DNA of 64,000 nt from Paramoeba atlantica (GCA_977017575.1 CDRNVI010000027.1:62001-126000); one strand, 5' to 3'. Shown: positions 1 through 13,130, counted from the first letter of the stretch. Notes: generated from the letters alone by a model not told the origin. Numbers and translations are program-made.

Positions 1-20
1 AGTCGTTTCTTTGCCTACCG

Positions 21-215
21 GTGCTCTCCTCTGGGTCACTCCACGCGAACACGTTAAACCTGATTCACGAACTTGCAGATGCGTCGCTTACGGACAGGAA
101 CAATGCCATCTTATCATTTAAACTATTGCTACAAGAGCTAAATGAGTCACAAATTTATGCTCAACTGCGAAAGTTCTTAGCAGTAGATACGGAAGCGTCT
201 CAAAAGGCAATTTAA
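21..215 (+). pseudogene. C-terminal end of a family B RLE retrotransposon ORF (partial, runs in from window edge)
   Basis: Identical protein tail (LLQELNESQIYAQLRKFLAVDTEASQKAI*) to the 17168..18760 ORF. Confidence 0.9.
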
Positions 216-584
216 TACTATGAACATACGATGAGATATTTCTTATATCAATACTACACAGATTTAGATATAGAGCTTACAAAGACGCGTAAACTCTTAG
301 TTTTTTTACCTCCCCATCATAATGGGGGGTAGCGCCAGAACAGAAAACTTTTTAATCTAAGGTGTGAAGATGTTCAAGGGAAAATATTAACCCCTTAACT
401 GATTATATCAGTGTTGTTGTTGTTGTTGTTGAACTATGTTTGTGCAAAAAAAAAGACAACGGGAAGAGGCTAACACGGCTGGGTACAAGTTCGCGGCAAT
501 GGTAGTAAAAAAAAAATATCAAGAAACTATCATAATACCGAATATTGAATTTCAATATTATAATTCAAAAAAAAAAAGAAAAAA

Positions 585-1519
585 AAATATGGAACAGATT
601 CTGATTTTGCTTGTCTGCGGAAGGTAAAGGAATCCACTTGAACCTTCGCTGCCTTGGGCTGGTGCATATGAAATCTTGATTTTTATTAGTCCTTTGCGAG
701 ATGTTCTGCCTACGACGACTCCCTTCGATACGTAGTTTGTCGTTTCCTGACGGAATCCCCATTCGATTATGCAAGATGTGCCTTTACCCCACTTTGCTAC
801 GACATTGTGCACATGATCCGGTGCTTTGGAAACGGCGCCCCGATTTGCAAGCTCTTCGATGGCCCCACAATCGCTGTAAAGGGACATCTCGTCACTTTAA
901 TCTTCAGAGAGTTGCTCATCATTTTCGATATCGCGCTGGATCAGTCTTGAGTCTTGAGTCGTTTCGATATCCGACGTTTTTGTTTGTTGTGGGTCGCAGG
1001 CTGATTGGGCGTTTGAAGGCGTGAATCGAAAAGTTTTAGGCTTGATTTTAATGATATTGTCGGAATGCTCGCCGTGTTGTTCGCCATGGCCAGCCCAATC
1101 TTTTGGCAGTGCTACAGATCCTTCTTCGGAGTTCTGGTTTCCCTGGAGGTAATTGGCCTGGTCAGTCCCGTGGTCTGCCCAAATCTTTGAAAGAAGAGGT
1201 TCTCCTCCGACGATTCTGATGCGTGGCGTTTTCTTCGGTTTGGTCGGTGGGGGGGTAGATGCTTTTATTCGAGGTATGCGCGTCTTTGTCGTGGTGGGGG
1301 GAATAGTCTCATCAAAAGTGTCACCCGAAACGTCATTGACTATGCACTTTTTCTCACTGTTCTCTTGGCCCCTCTTGTCTTGCATTCGTGATTTCACTTT
1401 TAGTCTACCTGTTTTCAGGCCCAAGCCTTTCGATGTCTGAGAGTCTGCTCGAGCAAGGCGTGCGTGGGCAAGGCGTGTCATAGCGATTAAATCAAAAAAA
1501 AAAAAACAAGGTACAGAAA
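585..1519 (-). pseudogene. SL-headed 5' fragment of a family B element (MTRLAHARL..., frameshifted, truncated); mirror at 15864-16798 (+)
   Basis: SL 3' fragment TTTCTGTACCTTGTT at 1505-1519, ATG at 1481. Downstream WGKGTSCIIEWGF...LYLPQTSKIRI segment is homologous to the N-terminal domain of the 6003..9122 ORF. Confidence 0.8.
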
Positions 1520-1522
1520 GCA

Positions 1523-1770
1523 CCCATCACCGAAGAAACAAGCTACAACCACTCGAAAGTGTGTGCTGGTAGACAGACTCATCGCAATGGGCCTGATTTG
1601 GTTATCCATTGGCAAAGCGGAGAAATCTACTACGATCTGACCGTCATTCATGAGCTAGCGCCGTCGCGAATTCAACAAAAATGTGGACGCCTCATTAATG
1701 AAGCCATTAAACGGAAGCAAGCAACGTACGTCGCATCCGGATTGATTCCCGCATTATCTTTTCAGTGTCG
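1523..1770 (+). pseudogene. Internal RLE endonuclease fragment, family B (mirror 15613-15860)
   Basis: NGPDLVIHWQSGEIYYDLTVIHELAP...EAIKRKQATYVASG matches the RLE domain of intact family B ORFs. Confidence 0.85.
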
Positions 1771-1915
1771 CCTTTCACCAGGTCTTTGTTTGCCTGAAAC
1801 TGGTCCCATGAACCGAGCTTGTGCGCGCCCGCTTCGCGATCAAAGTTGGATTCCTGTTTTGCTTTAGAGCGAGTTAGAACCATGGAACGTGAGAAAGATT
1901 AAGAAAAGAATTGCT

Positions 1916-1970
1916 CAACAAGGTACAGAAACTGTATCAACAAGGTACAGAAACTGTAGCTTTATCGTTA
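1916..1970 (-). other. Tandem spliced-leader copy (full SL + 22-nt relict), mirror of 15413-15467
   Basis: Reverse complement reads TAACGATAAAGCTACAGTTTCTGTACCTTGTTG-ATACAGTTTCTGTACCTTGTTG. Confidence 0.9.
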
Positions 1971-2757
1971 ACGCCGCTGTTTTTTTCTTTTTTTTTCTTC
2001 GTTGCCTTCGCCCACCCCTCGCCACCCCCTTGGTCGCCCTCTGTTGCCCCCTGCATCGCTCTGCCGCGCCGCTTTTCGCCCCCCCACCCACTGCGCCGTC
2101 CCCTTCGCCGCCTATTCCCCCTCCCTCCCTGCTCCCACCTGCGCCACTCTTTCCCTTCCCACTCTTTCCCTTCATCCCCTCTGCTACCCCCTCACGCTGC
2201 ATCTCGAAGAATGGCGCCGCCCGGTACCGAATATAACAAGGTACTAAAAAACTAGGGTAGGCGTCATTCACGCTTTTCTTTTCTTTTTTCTTTCTTTCTG
2301 CGGCTTGCAACTAGCCCATGATAACGGGGCTAGGGTAACAATTTGGAGAGATACGAGCTTGTTGAAGCTGAGGTTTGGCCTGTTGAAGCTGAGGAGCCAG
2401 TCCGCTCGAGGGGATACCACCCTAGAAGACTTGGTCCGTTGAAGCTGAGGTGCTAAAACCGTTGAAGCTGAGAGTCGACACTCCCAAACTATGCCAGCAA
2501 GCAGGCAAGGGGTCAAGGAGCACTGCTTTTTTCCAGTGTCGGGGTGTGGCGAACCCCACTCTCCTAGCTAATCCAGCTTCCCGCAGCGGACTTTCAGTCT
2601 GCGCGTTAGCTGGATCGGCTTGCATTGGCTCTGTGCTGCAATCCTTTTAGGTCTGCGCATGGGTCGTGCGGGTCGGAGCTACCTTCGGCTCTCTCCGAGG
2701 AGGCAACACCCCGTCTACGGGGTTTTTACCTGAAAAACAAACAAACAAACAAACATT

Positions 2758-2982
2758 TGCCGTCTCAAGTATACATTGCGCCTTATCACCAATTTTCTTT
2801 AATAGATCCGCATTTTCGAGTGTTGTATAACCATCTAGTTGAAAACTGATGCGATGTCGATGCCAAAACTGCCATACGTGCTCGGAGTCTACATGCACCA
2901 CGAAGTCTCCTTCTTGTTGATGTCCGATTGTCAAGGCTTGTAGAAAAGCACGTAGTTCTGCTCGTATGGGGGTTCGATCTTG
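2758..2982 (-). pseudogene. RNase HI-like fragment (mirror 14401-14625, +)
   Basis: RAELRAFLQAL...VHVDSEHV...GY...ENADLLKKI resembles the RNase HI E and D motifs and the N-x-DL segment. The first Asp motif is not visible. Confidence 0.6.
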
Positions 2983-3117
2983 TTTTGAGAGTTCTTGTTG
3001 CTCTATAAATGTACATCTTATATAGTGGGAAAAGGTCTGGAACCAGAATATTTTCGATGTATAGATGATCATGGGGGCCGAGTTTACTATAGAAGGGGGG
3101 TCGGCCTTTACATGTAA

Positions 3118-6100
3118 ACTAGCTTTAATAGCAGAACAAACATGCATTTTCCTGTCTGATTAAAAACGAGAGGGAGATCATCTCTTTTGGTCCACTGTCT
3201 GAACTTATATGGTGTATTGTTCTTCCTTGTCGGGAGTTAAATATTTTTGCATCTGCAACAGAACTATGTTCCCGTTCAGTTCTTGGAGGTACAGGGCAAA
3301 GTCTTCTAATATATGTTGCCGTGAAATAAGGCAACGATCTGCTAAAGCTGTTAATAGACGTTTTGTATGCTTATGTAGCGCTCCACCCGAAAGGACAGGG
3401 ATACACATGAAACGATCATTCGCAATCATCCCAGAAGTTACGTAACGGTCGCGTTTCTTCGTGATGACTTCGTTCATCATTTTTTGAGGCGTTTTGTTTA
3501 TGTGAGCTGCTGAAAACTCGTGAACTACAGTTAGGTCATAATACATCGGACCGTCTGCCCAGTAGATCATAAGGTCGGGCCCAGATCTGCGGACACTGCC
3601 GCGACAGCTGCGCTGGTGTTCTGTGAGATTTTCCTCGGTTACACTATTCTGGCATCCGGAGCACTGAAATGAAGAAAATTGCCGAGCTTCTTTTTCACAG
3701 GTGAGGCCGCTCTTCAAGCAAAGCTCATAGATGTACCGAACTAAGGCGTGGTGTTTGGTTGTCACATTTACTCCTGCACATTTTGCGCACCCAGGGATAT
3801 GATTTAGTATGGTAGATGACGTAAGGAGACTTTTGCACCCAGGGCATTGAACATCGTCCGGGATTTGTGGGTGGTGTAGTGCGAATCTCGGCATAATCGA
3901 TAATTTGAATGCTGAACTAGGCACTAGACGAGCTTTGGATGTGAGCCAAGCGTATTGACCCTTGTGAGACGCTAGTTTGATGATGGGCGCAAGTGTTTTT
4001 TCCTCTATTAAGGCTTGACGGACCTTGTTGTGGTATTTTGCTTCACTAGCTTGCTCATCGAAATTGATGTAGGGGTCGCGAGAATCACCATCAACCGGAG
4101 TTGGCGCATTCATCGTTTGGGTTGCCCGAGCTGAAGAGGGTTTTCGATGCTCAAGAGCAGCAAATTTTGAAGCGCTGTACGAAGATTCACGTAGTGGTTC
4201 GATGGGGGTGATTCCCAGTCCACCCTTGCGCGTCGGTAGCCAAGATATCTGTCGGTCCGTGAGGTTGCCTAGCCAAGCCTTGAGGGTTTTATTTACTTCT
4301 GCGTCGAAATTAGAGGCCATATCCAGAGTTTGTTGTGGATCATGTACCCGAATGTGGTAACGGTGTCTGATGTTTACGCACTTTGATAGTAGTAGAGTGG
4401 ACACATTGTTGATCCCCATTTTTTTTAGTCTACGAAATGCTGATTGGTGCTTCTGTAGAATCTCACAAAGTTTCTGACTGATACAATCTGGATCACCAAT
4501 GTATGCGCCAAGAATTTTTATGATTTCAAACTCACATCTTATGCCTTGATCGTGTAGTAAATCAGGAAGCTGTATCTTATTCTTCCCTCCGAACCAGACA
4601 CATTTCGTAGGCGCAACTTCTAAGCTGTTCGCCGTCAGGAGTGCACGTAACCGGTCGAAGGCTTTCGCCAGGAGGGTACTGTTTGCTGAGGCCAAGTTGA
4701 TGTCATCAATGAAGGCAAAGATTTTGATTCCAGGAAATTCTTCTGCCAGCGTCTCGAGTATTGGTTGCATCAAAGCGCAAAAGTAGAGCGTCGAGAGAGG
4801 GGAGCCTTGACGCACGCCAGAGGAACTTTGCACCACTCCTGCCAATTTCCCGTCTGCGCCGTAGAAAATAAGCTCGGATGGATCTGCGTACTCAGCTGTG
4901 AACATCCTTCTGAAAGGTCTCAGTGTGGAAAAACCGAAAACACATCTTGATATGTCGTCGCGGGACGGCGAGTTAAATGCGTTACGGAGGTCTACCGAAA
5001 GAATCGCATGCCCTAAGCGATGTAAGTCAGTTAATTCGTGTATTACTTTTTCGCAACCGCTCTTCATCATTACCCCGTATTGGTATGGCGCGAACAGTGG
5101 GGGTAAAGACTTTTCATAGCGCTGAAGAAGAAGTATTTCCGCGAGTTTCAAGATTACCTCACCCATTGCAATCGGTCTGACACCATTGTCCGGTTTCGGA
5201 AGCGCTAGGAGCCTGGCTCGTTTAATTCGGTGCATGATATCTTTGGACAGATTTCCATTTACCAAATCCCTCATCATGTGGCAGAGGCATGAGCAACAGA
5301 TCTCGTCATCGAGAAGAATGCGTAGGATACCGTCCGTCATGCCAGAAGGACCTGGAGCAGCCCCCTTTGCCAGACGTCTGCCTGCTTCTCGCAATTCAAC
5401 GGATGTGACACATGCGATAGCGGGTGCATCGGTGGGGGGTTGGAAACTGCACGGCAATTGTGGGTGAAGAGCCTCTAACTTTGCAAGAGTTTCAGCGTCG
5501 GATAATCGACCTTTTCTTACCTCTATGTCCAGAACCTTTGTTGCTTTGGAGGTGCAACCCTTCAAAGCAAGACGGATAGCTTTTTTTGCCGCACGTATAT
5601 CTGCCTTTTCGAGGTTTTCCTCTGCAGGTGAACACTGCAGGCTTGTTGACTTGTTGACTTTTCTTATTCTGACAACCTTCACTTTTATGTACCTGGGCGC
5701 TGGGGCGCCGCAAGCGACGATCGGAGTGCGCGGAGGATTTCGAGGAAGTAGAGTGCCTTCGGACACGTCAACGTGGGAATTGTTCGACGAAATCCATGGA
5801 GTTGTTGCACAATTTGTGTGGATCGGTCATTGGAATGACATCAAGTTTATGTTTCTTTCGAGCGCCAAAAGTCCTTTTCTGCTCAGGAAACAGAATGCGT
5901 TGGTGTATTCTCGGGGGGCAGGTTCGCATATCTCGGCAACGGATGTGTCGCAAATAGTTCTTGAGCCTTTAAAATCTCTTTCTGCTCGGACCATGTGCCA
6001 AATCATTCTTTGCGGGTTCTTTGCGCTATGATTTCAACGGATGTCGAAGTGCCGAGGGACAAGTCGACGTGCGTGACGACAGGTACAATTCGTAAAGCTG

Positions 6101-6335
6101 CTGCGCAGAGTTTGCGTATTGGACGTTGGGTTAACATCATGTTTGCGTTTCTTTCGAGCGCCAAAAATCCTTTTCTGCTCAGGAAACGAAAATCGGTGTA
6201 TTCTCGATGGACCGGACCGCATCTCTCGGCAGTGGATTTGCAGATAGTTCTTGAGCCTCTAAAATCTCTTTCTGCTCGGACCATTTGTGAATTCGCTCGT
6301 GAGGTTTTCTGCGCCACGACTTCAACGGATGACAA
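3118..6335 (-). mobile_element. Family B RLE non-LTR retrotransposon; ORF 3205..5766 (RT, CxxC-H-C knuckle, RLE), preceded by decayed N-terminal tandem repeats
   Basis: Motifs GVRPIAMGE, VDLRNAFN, GVRQGSPLS, FAFIDD, CPGC...HIPGC..C, SGPDLMI...YYDLTV. Confidence 0.92.
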
Positions 6336-9065
6336 CCAGCAGCGACATTCGGGCAACCCAATTCCTCGCGATTTGAAAAGTGAGTGAAGAAAGTCAGAAT
6401 CCCCGTTAGGGGGATACGGAGAGATGGGATAGAAGAAGCCTTTTAGAGATGCCTCGTGGCGTTGCAACAGAATGGAACCGCATATTTTTAGCACTGTATC
6501 ACCCATCGCGATTGGTCGTATGCCGTTTTGTGGTTTCGCAAGGGCAATAATTCTACATCGAGTTAATCTGTTGCGTACCGATGCGCATACATCACCATTG
6601 ATGACGTCCCTGAGCATGTGACATAGCGCGGTACAGGATTCGTTGTCGTCGGCTAATAGGCGGAGGATATTCTCACCGAGGCCTGTCGGCCCCGGGGCCG
6701 CTCCAAGACCACCTTCCTTCACCGGTAACCGAGCCAACGCTTTTTGGTGTATGTCCAGCGGTCCGAACCAAGTATTTAAAACGTCATCTACCTGTTGATC
6801 GAACTGCTTAGTAAGTTCAAAACATTCTTGCGGCCGATGTACCCGGATGTGATATCTATGACGAACATTCACGCATCTCGCAAGCAACAAGAGTGAAATA
6901 TTATTGGGACCCATTGCTTTGAGACGTCGAAAGATGGCTTCATGTTTCTTTAACTTTTCAAGGAGTAAACTGCTCACTTTGTTGGTTTCCCCGACGAAAG
7001 CATCATATATGCTGTCCATATATGCTCGGATCCTGACTTCAGGAAAAAGATCGGCTACTTCAGCTAGGATGGGATGTATTAAGCTACAAAAGTAGAGAGA
7101 TGAGAGCGCTGAACCTTGTCGTACCCCAGATGTGCTTTTGATTGTTGAATAGAGTGTGTTGTCAGCAAAGAAAAGAAGATCAGATGGCTCGGAGTACTCT
7201 AGGAAAAAGAGGCGCATAAATGGTCTGAAAACATCATGCTTTTGAAGAGTTTCTGCAATGGCGATTCTGTTTGGTGTGTTGAATGCGTTAGTGTAATCGA
7301 CTGTGACGATCTTGTGGTCTGCCTCGTATTCTTCTATCAGTTCGTGCACAATTTGCTCACACGCATTCTTTTGTAGTATGCCTCGTTGGAAGGTTTGAAA
7401 GTGCTTTTTAAGCGCGTCTTCATGTCGTTGCAAAAGAATGATGCCACACACTTTAAGGATGGTCTCTCCTATAGCGATCGGGCGCAGTTTATTTATTTGT
7501 TTGGGCAAAGCTACTAATCTGCATCTTGTGAGTCGATCACGCACCGAGTTTGGAATGTCGCCATTGATCACGTCGCGAAACATGTGGCATAAGCAAATGC
7601 TGCATTCTTCATCGTCGGCGAGAAGTCGCAACATCGATTCGCTGAAACCTGTAGGTCCGGGGGAAGCACCCTTTGCCAATTTGCTGGCCGCTAAGAGGAG
7701 TTCGGCTCGTTCAACAATTCCAATGCGCGGAAAGTCAACACTCATCGGCATTTGAGGCGTTTTCCCGGAAGGATGGAGACTTTTTAGAAGAGAAACTTTT
7801 TCTTCGACAGTCAGGGGTGATTGTTTGTGGACGTTATCGAGAATACGCGTTGCTTTGCCTAGGTTTCCTGCTTTTGCCGTTCGTAAAGCATTGCGGATCG
7901 CTCGGCGGTCAGTTTCTAACTCTTCTTGTTCTTCTTGGCTGAGCTTGTCGACGTTGTATTCATATTTACTTTTACTTTTCGGCGCGTGAGTCGTGGCTCG
8001 TGTTCGCATTAGCATTTTCCTCACAGTGGTCAAAGCATCTCTCGGAGCATTTAGGAACCTGTGCCATAGGGTTTCTTTTTCGGACAGAAGTTGTAAACGA
8101 GGATATTCGCGAATTGTCTCTCTGAAAATTGAAACCACATGTACAGCAAAGGACGGTTCTATTTGAGCTAGCGGTGGAAGTGGTTCCATGTCTCTGTGCG
8201 TGTCGGATTCCTTCGTCGTCTCTGACATGCTCTCCGGAAAATTTAGCGTGTTTACTCCTTTGCTTGGTATTCGATTTATCTTCGTAGCACAGATTTGAAA
8301 GACTCGCACTTTGTCAGACTGTGGAAGAAAGAGGTTTCCTTGGGGTCCGGTTTGTCCTTCAGCAGGGGAGTACGCAATCTTTATACGAACCTGACCTTTC
8401 CTTGAGACGCGGGACACTCCTTCGCCGACAGAATAAAAAATTTCTTCTCCGTAGCGGAAGTTCCAAAGGATCTCGCATTGAGTACCGCGGCCCCATTCTG
8501 ATACAATGTCTTGAACTTGGTCTGGCGCTTTCAAACTTCGTGTGCGTGCCAGCTCACTCATACACAGATCGTCGGATGACATTGTTTCAGATGAGGTACT
8601 TAGGCCATCGGTGTCCGCTGACATGTCGTCTTCATTTTGCGGCGCATTTTCAGTTATTTGGGGAGACTTCGATGGCATATCTGAGCTTGTTTGATCCGAA
8701 GGTCGTGAGTCTCCGATGATAACTTTGATTTTCCGTGGTTTTCTTTGTCGTGATTCTTGTCTTGTGATGCATTCTCGCGGTTCGATGTTCATTTCGTCTG
8801 AATTTGTGGAGTTGTCGTGAATGTCGCTGATTTTGTCCATAATCTCGTTTAGACCTTTGCCCTTTAGACTACCTACTTTTCCTTTCCATTTCTTCGACAC
8901 TTGAGGTAGAATTGGTGTAGGGTAGTGTATTTCGTTCCAGTCGCTCTGTGGGTCGATATTGGATTCGTTGGTCGAGCGCTGCTTTGCAAGTTTGGAGCGC
9001 GTTAGCACAACCATAAAGTTTTTGTAAAGTTTAACGAAAAAAAAAAAAACAACAAGGTACAGAAA
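6003..9065 (-). pseudogene. SL-headed chimeric family B ORF (true start 9014, MVVLTRSK) with an internal RT deletion and jumps into other subfamilies
   Basis: SL 3' 16-mer at 9050-9065. RT runs to RAYMD, then skips to AFVGE (about 7020). After GGLG it jumps back to an AAPGPTG segment of another subfamily (about 6710-6420). No RLE domain. Confidence 0.85.
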
Positions 9066-9069
9066 ATTA

Positions 9070-9685
9070 TTGTTACGCCGTAACTTCGCATGAACTCTAC
9101 AGCTTGATGCAAACGGAAACATTTACGTAGAGCAAACTCGTCTGTGGTTTTACACTTTAAAGTATCTACATTCATGGTGCTTACTGCAAACCCCTCTCTC
9201 ATAGCTTTGATCTTGGGTCTCTGCTCTCGGTAGCCACGCCGAAAGCAGGATTTGCGTTTCCGATTACGTTTGCGCAAAGATTTTGGAAGCAGTCCAACTC
9301 TGCCGCCTAGCACATGTATACGATCATCTCTCGGAGGAAACGTGAGAAGGCGCCCATTCATCAAGTCGTACTTGACGAGCCAACCAGACCCATCAAGCGA
9401 TGAGTGAACCACCCCTTCCCAGAGTGTAATACGTTCGTTATAAGCCATACACCAAACAACAGCCACGCGTTTTCCCACAGCCAAAACCTTTGACATCTGT
9501 AAAAGGGCCCGCTGCCGGAGTTTTGTCCCAACCCCCCTCTGCTGTGGAGGCAGAAAAAGGTTGCCCCGACCACACCTGGCCGTCCGAAGTTTGCCACAGA
9601 CTTCCAACACACTTTCGAACGGTCCGGAGGCCTCCGCCATTTTGTACCAACGTATTAATACAAAAAGTGGCGACGGGAATGCCAC
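9070..9685 (-). pseudogene. Truncated ORF of unknown origin with a Tudor/SH3-like segment, cut at the SL-headed element
   Basis: VGKRVAVVW...LWEGVV...WLVKY...FPP pattern at 9484-9296. The frame runs into the SL at 9065. Confidence 0.45.
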
Positions 9686-9689
9686 TCTG

Positions 9690-10098
9690 GGATGGAAGGA
9701 AACGAAAGCCTACAGCTGCATTGTGTCGCGGAGAATCACTGTTTTTAACACAACTGCGAGTAAACAGAGCCAAGCTTGTCGGTCATTTGTTGAGACACGA
9801 TTCCTCGTTTGCCGACGTCATGCTCTGGAACGAAAATGACAAAGCGCGCATAAAGTCTCTGTCCGAGGCTACAGCAGAAGATTTGGGGATAGATGTTGCA
9901 GAAATGTTTGATTTAGCGAAGAACCGTGAGGAATGGAAATTAAAAGTTGAGCGTTTACGGACTCGATTAGAACCTACAGCGACCTACAAGTCACACTCGA
10001 CTCAATCATGTCGTTCAGAAGTTGAAAACATTTTCCGTTCTGAGCGATCAGCTTTGAAAAATGGTCTGCACTACAATTCTATGAGGAGGGTCCTGTGA
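9690..10098 (+). pseudogene. C-terminal fragment of an RTE-clade (APE-type) LINE
   Basis: RAKLVGHLLRH...EDLG...LAKNREEWKLKV matches the RTE-clade C-terminal pattern (GH-x-x-R...DL...A-x-DR-x-x-W-R/K). Confidence 0.6.
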
Positions 10099-10140
10099 GC
10101 TGGCCAGAGAAAGGTCTGCGTCATTTATACTGTGACGGTT

Positions 10141-10525
10141 CTAATAGTCCACGTTTTGAAATTTAGCCGAGGGGCTGTTATGTATTTGCCTGCTGGCCCT
10201 TCGGGGCACATAGTTTCTTCGAATTATGATTTGTATTCAGAATTTTACATGGGATGGGTATTTACTATTATCTTATATATCCTTGTTAGGTTGTTATTTT
10301 ACTTCGCTTTAAGTTTTTGTGGGCAGGTTGGCCGAGGGTTCCGGTGGGGGGGAATCCCGTTAACAACGTGACACATGATTATTGGTTTTATGCAGGCTTT
10401 CTTTTGAACTATGTTTGTGCATGTGAATTCTATCTATATTATGTGTTCTTTGATTTTGGGACGATTTGGAAGTGTGATTATATTAGTCATAGGTATTTAC
10501 TTATATTTGTTTGTTACTTATAAGT
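10141..10525 (+). repeat. Solo terminal-repeat remnant of YR subfamily 3 (A repeat plus probable B)
   Basis: 10144-10215 aligns with 51306-51378 and 10217-10320 with 51877-51975, i.e. the A repeat upstream of the 51977 gag. Right boundary approximate. Confidence 0.65.
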
Positions 10526-10979
10526 TTCATGGAGCCCCCTCGGCGTGGATTTCTGTTAGGGGAAGTAAAGAAGCGCTTTGTGCAGGAATATCGGTTGTGC
10601 TCTTTGAGAATGAAAGATGTCTGGTTCGGAGGGAAGAATAAGATACAGCTTCCTGATTTACTACACGATCAAGGCATAAGATGTGAGTTTGAAATCATAA
10701 AAATTCTTGGCGCATACATCGGTGATCCAGATTGTATCAGTCAGAAACTTTGTGACATTCTACAGAAGCACCAATCAGCATTTCGTAGACTAAAAAAAAT
10801 GGGGATCAACAATGTGTCCACTCTACTACTATCAAAGTGCGTAAACATCAGACACCGTTACCACATTCGGGTACATGATCCACAACAAACTCTGGATATG
10901 GCCTCTAATTTCGACGCAGAAGTAAATAAAACCCTCAAGGCTTGGCTAGGCAACCTCACGGACCGACAGATATCTTGGC

Positions 10980-13130
10980 CGAAGTAGTACTCCTACAACG
11001 GCACGAAAAAAATCTCGCCCCACTATTCTCACCGCATCAATACGGGGTAATGGTCAAATCAGGTTGTGAGCGTGTCGTACACGAACTGCGCGAAAGGTAC
11101 ATAGAAGGCTGCAACATTCTGTCAATTGATCTTAAAAATGCGTTCAATTCTCCTTCGCGAGATGAAATCGCTAAAGCAGTCTTCGCCTTCAGCTCCCTAC
11201 GTCCCTTCTATCGACTATTTTGCGCAGAATACGGAAGCCCATCTGAACTTTTGTTTTATGGAAAAGATGGTAAACTTTGCAATAGTCATGAGCGCGGCGG
11301 GCGTGCGCCAAGGATCGCCACTGTCCTCAGTACTATTTTGTGCCTTTCTCCAACCAATGCTCGAGACGATTGCCGATGAATTTCCAAGTATCCGCATATA
11401 TGCTTTTGTGGATGACATAAGCTTTGCTTCGCAGGACGCCGACCTTCTGACTTCTGCGTTCCTCCGCATACGTGAGCTATTAGCCGAAAAGCGTGTTGAA
11501 ATGTCCCCTACAAAATGTGTTTGGTTTAATGGAATCGAAAATGTGCCAATTCCGCGTGCGCTACAAAATGAGGGAGTAACGTCGGAATCAGGTTCAACAA
11601 AAATTCTTGGTGCGTTTGTCGGAGAAACCCAACGAGTGAGCGACCAGCTCGTGCTAAAATTGAGAAAACACCAGACGGCATTCAGGCGTTTGAACCAGAT
11701 GGGCGCCAGCAACGTGTCGTTTGTCTTACTTTCGCGGTGTGTGAATGTAAGACATCGGTATCACATACGCGTCCATGATCCCGAAAGTTCCCTCGAGCTC
11801 ACTCGACGATTTGATCAAGAGGTGACTAACACTCTCAAGACGTGGTTTGGTAAATTTTCCGCGAATCAAATATCATGGGCGAGACTCCCATTGAAAAAGG
11901 GAGGACTCGGCCTCACACCCTCCGAACAAATTCGAGAGGCTGCGTTCAATAAATCGAAACAACAGGCAATGGAGCGACCAGTCTATCTTTCAGCTCCCGT
12001 CTGTGGCTTTGAATCAAGTGAGCGCACGCCGATGCTGTCTCAGGGTGAGTCGCAAACCCCGACCGACGAACCAACCTCAGAAGAATTGTACCATCAAGAC
12101 ATTCGCGACAGGCTCATGGAGACTCCTCGTCAAGCTGACATTATCCGAGCCGCGAGTACCAAAGGTAATTACTCTTGGCTGCAATCATGTGCTAAACTGA
12201 TTCCCCCACGACTTTGTACGCTTGCTGTCATGCCAAGACTCGGTATAGCACACCCTAAGCTCCCAAGTCATCTAAAATGCCCAGGTTGCCATATCCTGCT
12301 TACGAGTGATAACGCCCTGGCACATGTATCAGGATGCACTAACTGTACGGGGAACAATGCAACGGCTAAACACAATCGAATGGTACGCTGTCTGTACGAA
12401 TTGTGTATAAAAGCCGGAATACCTTGCGAGATCGAACCGCGCCAATTTTCATCATACACTTGCTCTAAATGTAGCGCCGTGGTCGATGGTGACAACAAAC
12501 GTACACATCAAAGAGTATGCAGCTCAGGGTCATTCTATCATTCAGGTCCCGATTTAGTGATCCATTGGGCAAGTGGCGACATCTTTTACGATTTTACAAT
12601 CGTTCACGAGCTCTCCCCGTCTAAAGTATCCAGATCCGGTGCACAGCTAATGCGCGAAGTTATACGACGAAAGCATAATACCTACGTTCTTTCCAAGCAA
12701 ATACCAAGCCACCAATTTCGATGTATACCTATGCTATCGGGAGGCGCTTTGCACGGGAACACGAAAATCCTTCTGCATACACTGGCCGATGCGTGTGGGC
12801 TCGAACGGGAGAGAGCCATTCAAGATTTCGTGCTTCGTTTGCAAGAACTCCACGGATCAGTCATTATCGGTCAGCTCAGACAATTTTTCCTACCGTTGGA
12901 AGACGATGAAATGGCTTTCTAGGAAGGCAAGGAATAGCTGCAGAATCCTCACAAATCGGGGTGTATGATACGGCGTATGGTAAGTGTTTTTTTTGAGATA
13001 CGGGAAGTTTATGCGATACGTGAACATTCGTGATATTTTGGGATACGGGACATATGTGCGATATGTGAACACGTGTGATATAGGAAAGAATTGCCTCTTC
13101 AGGAGGTTTTCTAAAAAAACCATCGAGTCA
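10980..13130 (+). mobile_element. 5'-truncated family B element (RT palm to RLE, stop 12922; frameshift near 11283) inserted with an 8-bp TSD
   Basis: GVRQGSPLS, YAFVDD, SGPDLVIHW...FYDFTIVHE. TSD ATCTTGGC at 10972-10979 and 13131-13138. Confidence 0.9.

Larger units (their letters stand above)
1..4600. repeat. Left arm of a large inverted duplication (probably extends beyond window start)
   Basis: ORF track mirrors at x <-> 17383-x (e.g. 21..215 vs 17168..17362; 436..627 vs 16756..16947). 4241-4600 is the reverse complement of 10619-10978. Arms differ at a few sites (EARQ/EPRQ, CEIL/CDIL, a 6-nt indel near 4245/13140). Confidence 0.95.

Noticed and set aside
1889-2310. Pro-rich and Gly-rich ORFs and the many short antisense ORFs in the track
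   Set aside because: Explained by compositional skew or as shadows of retroelement ORFs; no recognisable domains.
2361-2472. CRISPR-like or iteron array
   Set aside because: Repeats are only 12 bp, irregularly spaced, with no cas or rep genes, in a eukaryotic context.
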